Shown here: in pieces, positions 16,001 through 27,566 of the stretch
Layout of the letters: every line of letters starts with the position of its first letter
Numbering within the stretch: the first letter of the stretch is position 1
Assembly (NCBI RefSeq): GCF_000181795.1
Contig: NW_003526943.1
Span: forward strand, 11,212,007-11,276,006
DNA from: Trichinella spiralis
Taxonomy: Eukaryota
Length of the DNA stretch: 64,000 nt
Reading direction: 5' to 3'
The notes under the pieces: generated by a model
The model's database searches: none
Seen by the model: only the letters and a program-made list of their open reading frames with translations
What the model was told of the DNA's origin: nothing
Made by a program: the position numbers and the translations under genes

Positions 16001-19000
16001 ATGCTATAGCACTGAAAGGCGCTTGGATGGCAAAATGCCGAGGACGACCAGGTTTATGCCCACAGTTAGTTCAAATGGATAATCAAGTAACTATAGCATT
16101 TTTTCTTGTTTAATTATAAATAAAAAAGAAATTTCATAATTTTAATTAATTGAATGCAATATTTATGCAGGATTTTATCCGTTTTATTAAACACGTTGAA
16201 TTTTCTTATCAAAAAGAAAATCGTTCTCCACCAAGTTTCATTTCCCGTCAAGTTAGTCATCGAAAACCGAAAAGCCAAGTTGCTGTATTTCAAGTTCAAA
16301 GTGACGAACAAGCAAACCTGCTACTCAAACAAGTATGTCATTTGAAATTAAACAAAAATTATAAAGATTTAAAAGACCAACTGACCAATTATAATCTGTT
16401 ATTTGAAAAATCTGTTTTTCACAATTCTAAATTATTTAAAAACAGTTGTTTGAAGTTTATAAATAATGAATATGTGTCATTTAAATTAATTAATAATTTT
16501 ATGATCAAAAAGTTGATTAATTGTGGGAATATTTATAAGTATAAATTTGTTACCTAGTAACAAGCCCCGGTAGCGCAGTAGGTAGCGCGTGAGTCTCATA
16601 ATCTCAAGGTCGAGGGTTCGATCCCCTCCCGAGGCATAACTTTTTCCACTTTTAACGCACTGTTTTATTTTGATTTAATTCAGTTTAAATCAACTGTTCT
16701 TTATTAATTAAAATAATTAATAATAATTTCATTTCAAAATGTGTAATTCCAATTACTACAATTTTATATTACTGTTCATAGATATTCAGATATGATTGTT
16801 TTCACAACAATCGTCTTCTTCAATTATCTGCTCCTTTATATTATGATAATTTTGGGAAAATAGACTTGGAAAAAAAGCACTCTATGACAACAAATGATAA
16901 ATCTCGTCGATGTATGACGTTTCAGAAGCGGAAAGCTTGCCATATTATTCCTGGTGACTTATATATGATTGCAATAATTGGTATACAAGAAAAAGGATCA
17001 TATTTTGATTACTGTGGGCAAGTGAATGTAGAGGACAGCTTAGCAGATATTGTATTTTTCAACCATGCGCTTTCTTCACTGAATAAAAAATTACTGCCTG
17101 ATCTTAAAATTGGCAGTATAGTAGTGGACAGTTGTTCCAATGCAATTTTTGCTGCTCAACAAATTGGCACTTGTCTTACTAATATGGAAGAAATTATTTT
17201 TTCCAAAACAGAAAATGATTCATCTATTTCCAATCAGCCATTGTTTATTGGAGCTTTAATTCAAGCTGATGGTTTAGAATCAGCTGAAATTTCTCATCTT
17301 TTATCATTGACTTTACCCTCCCTACCAATTGTAATGTATGGGAAGAATGTTGTTCCTGGAATAGCACCGAACATTATCAATTTTGGGACCAATTTTCAAA
17401 ATATTGCAGATGCAGTTTTCAATGTGATCCAACAGTTCCCTTGTCATTACAAGCAATTTATTGTTGCAAGAAAATACGCACCTTCTGTCAGCGTGATTGA
17501 AAGCATGGCGATGAACAATTCAATTGGAAATTTCAAAACTTTGCTTACAAATTTTGGTAGCAATTTTGACGGTATTTCAGCGATGAATTGGATTGAAAGA
17601 AATGCAAATTTGTCCGTTGTTGTGCTGTTTTTAGAAGAAGCGGAACTTTTGGAATTTTTGAAAACTGCCAATCAATCTGCAACTTCGAGCAATCATATTT
17701 ATTTGATCGTTTTGGATCGTAATTGGACATTCGAAAAATTACGCAACTTTTCACACCTTGAAGGCAACATGATCATTTTTCTTCACACTGACAATGATGC
17801 TAATTATTCCTTACAAGATCATATTATTAATGAAGCAGTCGATGGGATATTCAATTCAAAAAATATCTGGATTCGAGAACATATTGAAAATAATCTAAAC
17901 TGTGGGAAACAAAATGAGAAAAATGAACACAATGCTATTGTTGCATCTTGCAAAAATGAGACGTTATTGTATTTAAAAAAATTGGCTCTTCGGCATTCGA
18001 TCAAGACGAATCGTTTACTTGCATCTGTAGACATGCTTGTAGCAACTTTGCATCATGTGGTGAAAAATAACTGCTTTGATGGTTTTGCCACCGGCAGCAA
18101 ATGTTCACAATTTTTGCAATCTTTCCTGAATCTGAAAGAGAACAAAATGTTAAATTATGTTACGAAGCATTATGAAAAAATTAGTGAAAATGATATGTTT
18201 GTCTTGCCTACAAAAATTGGGATATATTTTCAAAGTCAGCTGAACAATGAAAAATTTCAACAGGTAAGATGAAAATATTTTCATAAATGTATAAATAAAT
18301 CTACACATTTAAATAAAGGTGATCAGATATTTAAAATAAATTAATAAAAGAGTGAGAAATTCTTAACAGTATACTTATTTAATTCATTCCCAATAAATGA
18401 ACAGAAAATTGTTTTCAATTTAATATTAAAAGAATTTTTTTCAATTAATACATTATAAATCGTGTGCAGTTTTGAAGAGAAAGGAAATTATGCTATTTTT
18501 GTTGTAAATTAATGTAAATATTAAAAAGTGAAATAATTGTCGAATGTTTTAATTAACAGTACAACTAGTTTAATTTTTAAAGTGATCTTGATTTTGTTTT
18601 AGATTGGCACATTTTATTTTAATTCAAAAAAGTTTGAAATTATGGACTTTTCATTATTTAAAAATCTGTCTAATCAAGCATCAAGCTACTGTTTGAATGG
18701 AAGTTCAGAAAATCAGTACATCGAACAAAGTACAGTACGAAAGAGCGAGGAATTATTGACAACTGTACTTCCCGTTACTGATATATCAGACTATTTATTA
18801 CAATCTGAAAATATCAAAGAAATGCATGTTTTTTTTGAAAGCACTGTTATGAATATACCCCCACTGTCGACTGGTGAAAGTGTTCTGATTGGAGTGCTAC
18901 TGCCTTTGACGGGAAGCGCTAATTGTGGACATGTGGATTACAATAAGGTGAAGAATGAGGATGCTGTTTACGCATTAGAAGCATTGCTTTGGGCTAGAAA

Positions 19001-22000
19001 AAAAATTCACATACTCTACAACATGGATATACAATTTATTATTTTCAACACTTGTTCTTCAGTTTCAAAGACCAATATATTGTTGAACAGTTTTCTTATT
19101 AATCCACGGCAATTTTTTGGAGAAAAATTTGGACTAAATTACACAGAAGATTTGGTGGTAGGATTTATCAATGGTTATTCTGCTGGTCCTGCAAGTGTAG
19201 CTTCTGAAATTCTATCCGAAGCATCCATAATCAATGCGGACATCAGGAACAATGTGCAAAATCAAAATTCAATGACGCTGCATTTTTCAGGCAATTTAAA
19301 CTCCTACATCAGTGCGGCTCTTCAATTTCTGGAACAATTTCAAATTAATTTTATCAGCATATTGTATTCCAATGATGAAATAGCAGTTACATTTACAGAT
19401 AAATTTCGCTTGAAAGCAAATAATTTCAACGTTTGTATGGCTTACATTAGTCAAGTTGACTCTACTCAATCACTGAATACACATATAGACAATTTGGAAA
19501 GTGTTAGAAATGCAGGCGCTACTGTTGTACTTGTTGTGCTGGAATTTCAAAAACTGATTGCCTTCGAACGAGCATTAGAAAAGCAAAGTCATGGTTTGAC
19601 ATTTTTCATAATTTCATTTCAAAATGAAATTAATGCATGGAATTCCAATCACTTTCCAGTGCTGTTGAATAGTTCAATTTTATTAAAAAGGCAAGCTGAT
19701 CTTCCAAAAGACTTTATGAATCATTTATTGCAGCTCAGATATGATAACAATGATGGAAATTATTTGTGGTCTGATTTTGTGAAAAACAAATTCAACTGTA
19801 CTACAGAATGCAATGATCGACTGCCTGATGTAAGTGATTACGCCATGTTGAATGCAGATCAAGTACTTTCTGCTGTAAATGCGTTGTCTGCATTAGTAGC
19901 GGGTGTCCGCAAACTTGGTTCAACAATATGTAAAAATCAGACTATAATATGCAAAGAGTTGAAAGAACTTCCTAATTTTGGAAGTGAATTACTCCATATA
20001 CTTCAAAAAGAAACTTTCCCTGCAGTAGATGATATTAGCCGAAAAATTCGAATAGATGAAACAAGACAAGTGAATGAAAAATTAATTATCAGTACAACAT
20101 TAATTCTCGGTTCAAATGAAACACCTTTGTTACAACCGGTAACTTTTTTGAATTTTGTGATTGTATACATGTTTTATATGCATTAATTATTTGCTCTTCT
20201 ATTTTTCAGATAGCAGTATATGAAAATGAAAAGCTTACCCTCAATAGAATTGGAACTGAAGTAAAAAATCAACTAGTTTTTACTTCACAATGCTTAGATA
20301 TACATCAATGCAAGCAGTGTTGGAAATCAATGGATAAACTGTTAAATTCTTACCTGAGAAAATTTAGTAAGTTTTTTTTTCAAAAATTTTGAAACTCCAT
20401 TCAAAAAAATTACAGAAATTTATTTTTTAATTTTTAATCGCAGAATATGGTTAACTATTTTTTTTGGTATTTTAACATTTCAAAACAAATAATTTTTCAA
20501 GTTGCGATTATACTTATATCACTATATAGGCCCTGCATTGGAAGTTCACACAGAAAGTTCTGATCATGTTGAAGAGATATTAAGTATTTCTGAAGAAGAA
20601 GCTGAAAATGTTGAGAAAAAGACAAATGAACAAATAGAAGAGTCAAAATCTTTTGTATGCATAAAATCAACGAGCAACATTTATCTAATGGCAGTAATTC
20701 CAATTCACAACCGTGAGCAGAAGAAGTTGACATGCGGTGCTTTTTCATCAAATCAGTACCAACGATGGAAAGCGATTCAGTGGAGTTTGGAACGGCTGAA
20801 TTATTATTTGTTGGCACAAAATGGCATCAATTTGGGAATAATTGCACTAGATTCATGCTCAGATCAAGCGCATACAATAAAACAACTATCCTATTTGATA
20901 AACGGCGATATGCAATTGAATAGTTGTATTCAAGGCAATTTTTCTGAACAGGTGATTGCAGCAATTTTAGTCCCGTACAATCAAGAGGATGCATCCCATG
21001 AAGCTACCGTTGATTTGTTGACCAGTAATGGAATTTTAACTTTCAACTGGGATTCAAGTTTCGCATACAGTGCAAACAGTATGCTATTCAGTACTGGTTT
21101 GATAGAACAGTCTATGGTGAATGGCCTGGTGAAATTTTTAGCTAAAACAAAATGGCACTATGTTGCGTACATTTATTCAAATAATAAAAACAGCTTGAGA
21201 AGAAGACAAATTTTCAGCAGCCTTGCAAATGATAATGGGATTTGTTCTGAATACATATTATATCCAAGTCATAATAAACAGTCGTGTGGTGAAATGACGG
21301 AATTATTTGATCAGTTGAAGAAGATTAAACTGAATGGCCTGCGCGGTGTAGTTCTTGGCTTAAGCATGAATAAACTGCGTTGTTTTTTGGACCGGATGGA
21401 ACGTTTGGTGGCATCTGGACAATTTTCGACAAATCAATTTACCTTCATTACCGCTCTTGACGCTAATTACAAGCAAGCATTTTTTCGTTACGAATCAGTT
21501 GCTGCTGGATTTGTAGTTGTTCATCCAACTGCTGTAGAACTGGACGAATTCCATCAGTACTGGAAAGCTTTAAAAGTGAGCAATAGATAATAATAATAAT
21601 AATAATAAAACGATCGTATAATTTTAGCATCTCAATGTTTCCAATGATATTTGGTGGAAAGAATTGTTGGCAACTGATGATTGGCCTGAACGACAAGATG
21701 AAAAACTACTCTATTTGGCCAATGCAGCATACTCTGCAGGACATGCGGTCTACGAAACTAAACAACAACTTTGTGGTTCAGGAATGATTGCATCAAAAAA
21801 TTGCAATAATTTAATCATGCATCATTCTTTTCGAAATGCTTTTCGAGAAAACGTAGCTACATCAAAGTTTGTTGACGAATCTGGACAGATGGTTACATTT
21901 GGTAAAGATGGCTTAGCTACTCAACGGGTATCAATCAGCTTGCTAGTTATGGATTTGGATATTGTTCAGTGGATAGAAGTAAGCAACATTTGGCACTGTT

Positions 22001-25000
22001 ATATATTTTAATTTTATCGTAATTCTCTAGATTGTATTCACAATATTTTTTATTAATCGTCATAAAAGTGGGAAAACTTTGGCCATATTTTAAAATTATT
22101 TAAACATATCAGAATGATATAGAATATGAATACAATGTGCTAAAAAATATTAACAACATGGTAAACAACTTTTACAGATTGGTCGAATAGAAAATGATGT
22201 GTTCGATACTAAGCAACGTGGCAATTCACCATTCCAAAACTATGAGCCGATGCTTTATTTGCAAAAGTTGACTTCAAAATGCACAAACGCAACACTGTGT
22301 CCACAGTGTTCAAGATGTCCATCTCCAGTACAATTGTCGACTTGTCCTAGTGTTCATTGTAAGAATGAATTTGGGAAAAGTACAACGCCTGCACAACTGG
22401 ATGTCACGACAGAAAAGATTCACTTGCCTGCTCTAAATTTGCATTATTCTGAATCAAAGTTACACTGGATTGTTCCTTCACCAAATGGAATATATGCAAT
22501 TGCGTTGGTTCCTGTCCATTTTCCAAGCGAAGAGCTATTTTCATGTGGTCCATTGGATATTTTTGGAGGATTTCGACAAGCTTTAGCATTCATGCATTCA
22601 GTGGAAAAATTGAACAAGCAACTGCCAAAGCATGACCAAATCGGTTTGATAATTATAGATACGTGCAACGCCAAAAGTGATCTTGCATTCAGTTGGATTT
22701 ACCACTTGTCGACTAACAATCGATCCGTGCAAATATTAGCTGTTTTGGATGCTGGGTATTCGAATTCAAATGAACTGGCAGAATTGATGAAAAATTTTCA
22801 AATACCTCTATTCACAATTGATCCAAAATTAGAAATGTCAAAAAATGAATGGAATTTGCAATTCAAATTTGATCTCAATTGGTACGCTGAAATTGCTTGT
22901 TCAGTGATTCATCGCTTGAAATTTATTACCCCACTGGTGGTGCTGTTCGAGCAGTCAAACAAGCTACATTCTAGCATTATGGAAAAATTCATTTACTGTT
23001 TAGAAAGTAACAACTTCAATAATGTAATTACAAAAATACCTGTGAATAATTATCGTGAGCTTAATGCCATTTTGAATGGACTTTCCAATCGTCCAACAGC
23101 TGTTTTTGTGCTTTTCATGTCGTCGACATTCATTTCTGCATTTAGGCGTGCAGTTGTTCAACAACCATACAACATTGGTCAGACAATTGTTTTAGGATAT
23201 GGTTTGGAACGGATTTTCACAACTGCTAGTCCAATCGAACAAGTTGAACAACAACATTCAAATGTGGTAACATGGTTGAGCATTGAATTGTTGATCGAAA
23301 ATGATGCGGATACGTCTGAATTTTTACTTTCGAAACAACTGAACAATTATCATCCTATTCCACAGTATTGGTTTGAAGAATATTGGCAGCAGATGTTCAC
23401 ATGCAAATTGTCAAACAGTGCAATAGTGGGAAATTTTCATTTCCACAAAAACTGTACTGAAAATGAGCGAATCAATTCGACTGCTTTGTCGAAGAATCTA
23501 GAAAGCGATATGTCTGTTTGGTTTCTTATGAACGTTGCGGTTGATGGATACAAAAAGTATGTGGACAATGATTGTGCACAAGTTTCAACAGCAGCACAAC
23601 CCACCAGGCTGGTGAATTGTTTGAAAAATGGAAATCGAAGTAATTTATTGAAATATTTAAAATCTTCACGTTGGAATCAAATTGTTGTTGGAAATGAATT
23701 CAGCAATCACAAAACACTGGAAAATTGTAAAATAGTTTTGAAAAAAATTTACATGGACAAAAATCAACTACTTGCAGAATCTGTAGCTTTGTGGAAGCAG
23801 ACTTTCACTTTGAGCATCAATGGAAAACCAACTTCATCATCAGCATCTTTTTCTTCTTCTTCTTCTAAAGATATTATATGCAAGACATCTTCTGTAGAAG
23901 AAGATTGTTGGAAAAGATTCGATTTTGCTGTTTCCAGTTTAGAAGAAACCAACAGAATGAATGAAATATGGATTGTAATTGCAATTTCTCTGGCTGGACT
24001 CGGCATGACAGTTTGTATTATAACGTCAATTGTGCTCGTTGTTACAGATCATGCAGCCAATGACATGTTCAATCATTTGACTCTTTTTGGTATGTTTTTT
24101 TTCCTTTTTTAAATTTCAATTTAAACTCATCAATTCTATTCAGGCCTGTTCAATCTGTACGCTGTAACGCTAGCCTTTACTTGGCAATTATCCGATATCG
24201 TGTGTACAATTCGATTATATGCGACCGGATTTGCATGGACATTAGTTTTTGCACCACTTTCAGTGAAAGTACGTGAAAGAGTTTTTTATTATAAACATTT
24301 TGAGACAGGAAAAAAATACACAGATATGTATTTATATGAATTTTCAGGTTGTTCAGATGCGTTTGTTTCCGGAAAATGGAAAAAAGCAAGCGTATTGTTG
24401 GAAAAAGCGAAATTGCATCATGGTCATTTTAGCAGTTGTATTTGTTCATGCAATCGGTGTTCTACAGTGGATGATTGTGAGCAAAAGTACCAAAATACCG
24501 GTCTTGTTCAAACAAGCTAAATGTGCACCGGTGGGAAGTTTGGCCACGTTTGAACTGTCCCTCACCTTTTCCATGGCTTACCCGATTTTAATCATCTTGG
24601 CCACAATGATCACCGCAATGACCACCACCACTACAAATATGTCGAAATATAATAAAAGCAGCTGCGGTATTGCCGTCACATGTATGTTGACAATAATCAT
24701 TTGGCTATTTTGGAATATCACATCAACAATGGAAATATTTCAACTTAGTGATCCTGTAATTGCAATGGGTAAAAAACATGCATGCATATTGAATTGTATT
24801 CAAATGATGATGATAATTTCTCTTTTTTTTTATTTAGGAATTTTGATCAATGCTAGCGTGCTGTTTGTCGGTTTGCGTCTTCGTGATAACAAAAATACTT
24901 CGACACAGTCGAGACGTAGTTACAATGTAAATATGATCAGAAATGAGGCATCGCTCCAGGTACTTCAAAAGTCCATACTGTATTTTACACCGGATGCTTA

Positions 25001-25201
25001 ATAAAAATGTTTATTCTATCTTTGTAGCCTGACCCGGCGCTGGTACCGTATGGTGTAAATTTTTCAAAATCAAAACTTGGCACATTTGATTCAGATCAAT
25101 CTTATTCAACTTATTCAACCGTGCCTAAGACGAAAAGATACTTCAACGTGATGGCTTACGACGGCAGTTCAGAATTTTCCGCTACAACAATGGTCAACTG
25201 A
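13025..25201 (+). CDS. Giant class C (mGluR-like) GPCR with five tandem Venus-flytrap (ANF-receptor-type) domains; 18 exons, about 2,900 aa
   Basis: Signal peptide MVNVNCSLIVLFFTYGAVFG. Five copies of the VFT pattern (CG...A...N...G..i.D/N-T/S-C): LQVLDTC about 14440, IVVDSCS about 17128, IIFNTCS about 19047, IALDSCS about 20850, IIIDTCN about 22658. The 7TM at about 23965-24880 has a class C TM3 (CTIRLYATGFAWTLVFAPLSVK). All GT-AG junctions were checked as phase-compatible, e.g. 16332/16782, 18263/18603, 20138/20210, 21575/21628, 21978/22178. Confidence 0.85.
13825..14050 (-). mobile_element. Possible degenerate Helitron/PIF1-helicase fragment in GPCR intron 1
   Basis: The minus strand reads LPFGGKSVV*...YLPITEIRGSVHEEVTPFKLSSFL, resembling the PFGGK...LPV..RGS...S.LW segment of Helitron helicases. 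It contains a stop and I found no termini. Confidence 0.35.
16564..16636 (+). tRNA. tRNA-Met (elongator, anticodon CAT), intronic
   Basis: Cloverleaf: GCCCCGG TA GCGC-AGTAGGTA-GCGC G TGAGT-CTCATAA-TCTCA AGGTC GAGGG-TTCGATC-CCCTC CCGAGGC A. It has U31:U39 as in elongator Met and a T5 Pol III terminator at 16641-16645. Confidence 0.96.
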
Positions 25202-25313
25202 TGCTTTCAAATTTTATTTCAAATAACATAAACAAAAACATAACTGATCAATAAATTATCACCTAAAATATCAAATAATTCACCAGATGAAAAAACAAAA
25301 ATTGTTGTTTCTT

Positions 25314-27566
25314 TCAATCTTTTTTCTTCTTATCACGATGAACAATCTGAAAAATAAAATTCAAATTCAAAAATATTTAATTTTTAATGGTATTTTCTGA
25401 TTTTCTTTCTATTTAAATAAACATTTCATATGTTCATATTTCAATGCAGCAAATTCTCAGGCATATATGCATAGGCAATGCATTAAAATAGTTCAAATTC
25501 AAAATATATACCTGAAAAGACTTGGATAATGCGCACAAACAACGATTAGATTGACTATAATAGCCGAGTTGGTATTTTCCAGCTTTAACCAAAAATTTGC
25601 CAAGAAACAACACATTCTGATAAACGCCTTTTTCACTCTTCCGATTTACCCATTTTGATAATACATACTTCCAGGCCACTACATCCAAATCAGAAGAGAA
25701 ACCAACCTACAAGTATACCAATAATGACTTATTAAATAATAATGATATTATGAATAAACAAAACAAAACAGTTTACCTCATACAAACCTATCCAATCTAA
25801 AATGCCTGCTTTGTAATTCTGGGGTTCGAAAAATGTGCAAATACTGTTCTCGTTCACATACCAGGATTTGTTGAATTCACTACCATCTGCATTGCAAAAG
25901 TAAATTTCTGGATTTGACACACTCAACGGACACTGAAGAGTAACAAACGAATTATGTAATTAATTAAATCAAAATATTATTATTAAAAAATCAGATGACA
26001 ATACATGATATGTAAAAACTGTTTCTAAATAAATTTTAAAAGATACTTGAATTTTAAAATCGGCCAAAACTGCTTTGTGATCACTGCAAAAAACGTGCTC
26101 AACAGAGGTATACTTTTTAATTTTACAATTCGGAACATGGCATGAACTTTCACAACAATGATCAGCGGTTCTCCACAAAATTCGATCACAGTAAGAAGGC
26201 ATGCGGCTAAAAATAAAAATTTTGTTGTCTTGCTAATACCAAAAACAAAAAGATTTACATCAAAAACTGTTTTACCTAAAATTTCGCTCATTTTTTTCTC
26301 CAGGTTTAAATTTATACGTCGGAGCAAATTCAATTTGCGCTTCATTAAACTCTTTCAGTGCAGCATTTTCACTCTTACACTCGTTCAGCTTAAAACATTT
26401 CCTTTCAAAACTTATAAATCATACTTTTAGTACACAAAAATCAGTACTTGATCATATTTCAATAATTCTGAATAGTTTTTATTATCCAAATGCCGTTTCA
26501 CTTCCTCTTTCGTTAATCCGTCCACACGAAAATTCAAATCGCCAAACCAAAATACAAAACTGAAACCATTCCAATATTTTAAATGCATTAACATGTTAAC
26601 ATAAGTTTAAAAAAATTTCCGTCCATTACTCTTCAGATGTTAAACTACAGTTTGGTTTAAAATTGCATTTTCTCATCACTTCTTCGCATTCCTTAAAAAA
26701 CTATTAATAAACAAATATATAAAATGAATTTCAACAATTCTTACAATTTCACGCCGTGCTAACTTGTTTGCATGCGGAGTGCAATGCGAATTAAGAAAAA
26801 CAGTATGAGTTCCATTGGCGAAATTTAAATGAATACACAGTGTTCCCTTGTGCCCCTAAAATTATCCTATTAAAAATTTTTAAATCTATTTATTTTTCTA
26901 AATTATACCGATAAACCATAAAAACCACTTCGAATGTATTTCACCTGCACTGATTTTACCAAACTCAGCAAGTGTCGTTTGAGGAAAATAACCGATGAAA
27001 GCCCCATCATAAAAACGCCAGATGGCTAAAGAAACATTGAAATAAAAATGGAATTAAAATTTTTTCAACATTCATACATGATTGCACGTCAGTTGAGCAA
27101 AACCATAACTATTCAGGAAATCTTTAAATTGATTGCCCCAAGGATTGCCGACCCAGAACATGTTATAAAGATATTTCAACGATAAAAAATTCCCTTCTTG
27201 AAATCTGAAAATTCAAATTGTATAAGCTAAACATATTTAAACAGTAGCATAACAAATGATTCATTGATAAGCTACATTATCCATGATTATTAAGACTAAC
27301 AATTTACATTTTAATCGTAGAACATTACGGATACTGTTTTATTAGCTGGTAGTATAAATTTACCCTATCACAATGATATCGAGCTTTTCAACTTCTCCAG
27401 GACTCATGTGAAATTCTGCAGGAGATAATATACCAGGTCGGAAATTAACTTTATTTACATTCCATGTCATAATTCGCATACTAAACAGCAGACTGTCACA
27501 GAAACTATATATTTAAAAAATTACTTACTTTAACGTTGAAAATTCATCTTTTTGAAACGACGACAT
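25314..27566 (-). CDS. INPP5K: Inositol polyphosphate 5-phosphatase K/J-like (SKIP) with C-terminal SKICH domain; about 11 exons
   Basis: Translation includes IMTWNV, IVIGFQE, GHKGTLCI, FLNSH, VFWFGDLNFRV, FAPTYKF, RMPSYCDRILW and CSDHKAV, then SKICH-like DWIGLYE|VGF...YQLGYYS. Confidence 0.88.

Noticed and set aside
16866..24112. Reading the four large ORFs as a tandem cluster of separate receptor genes
   Set aside because: None has its own signal peptide or 7TM except the last, and each is bounded by phase-compatible splice sites linking it to its neighbours.
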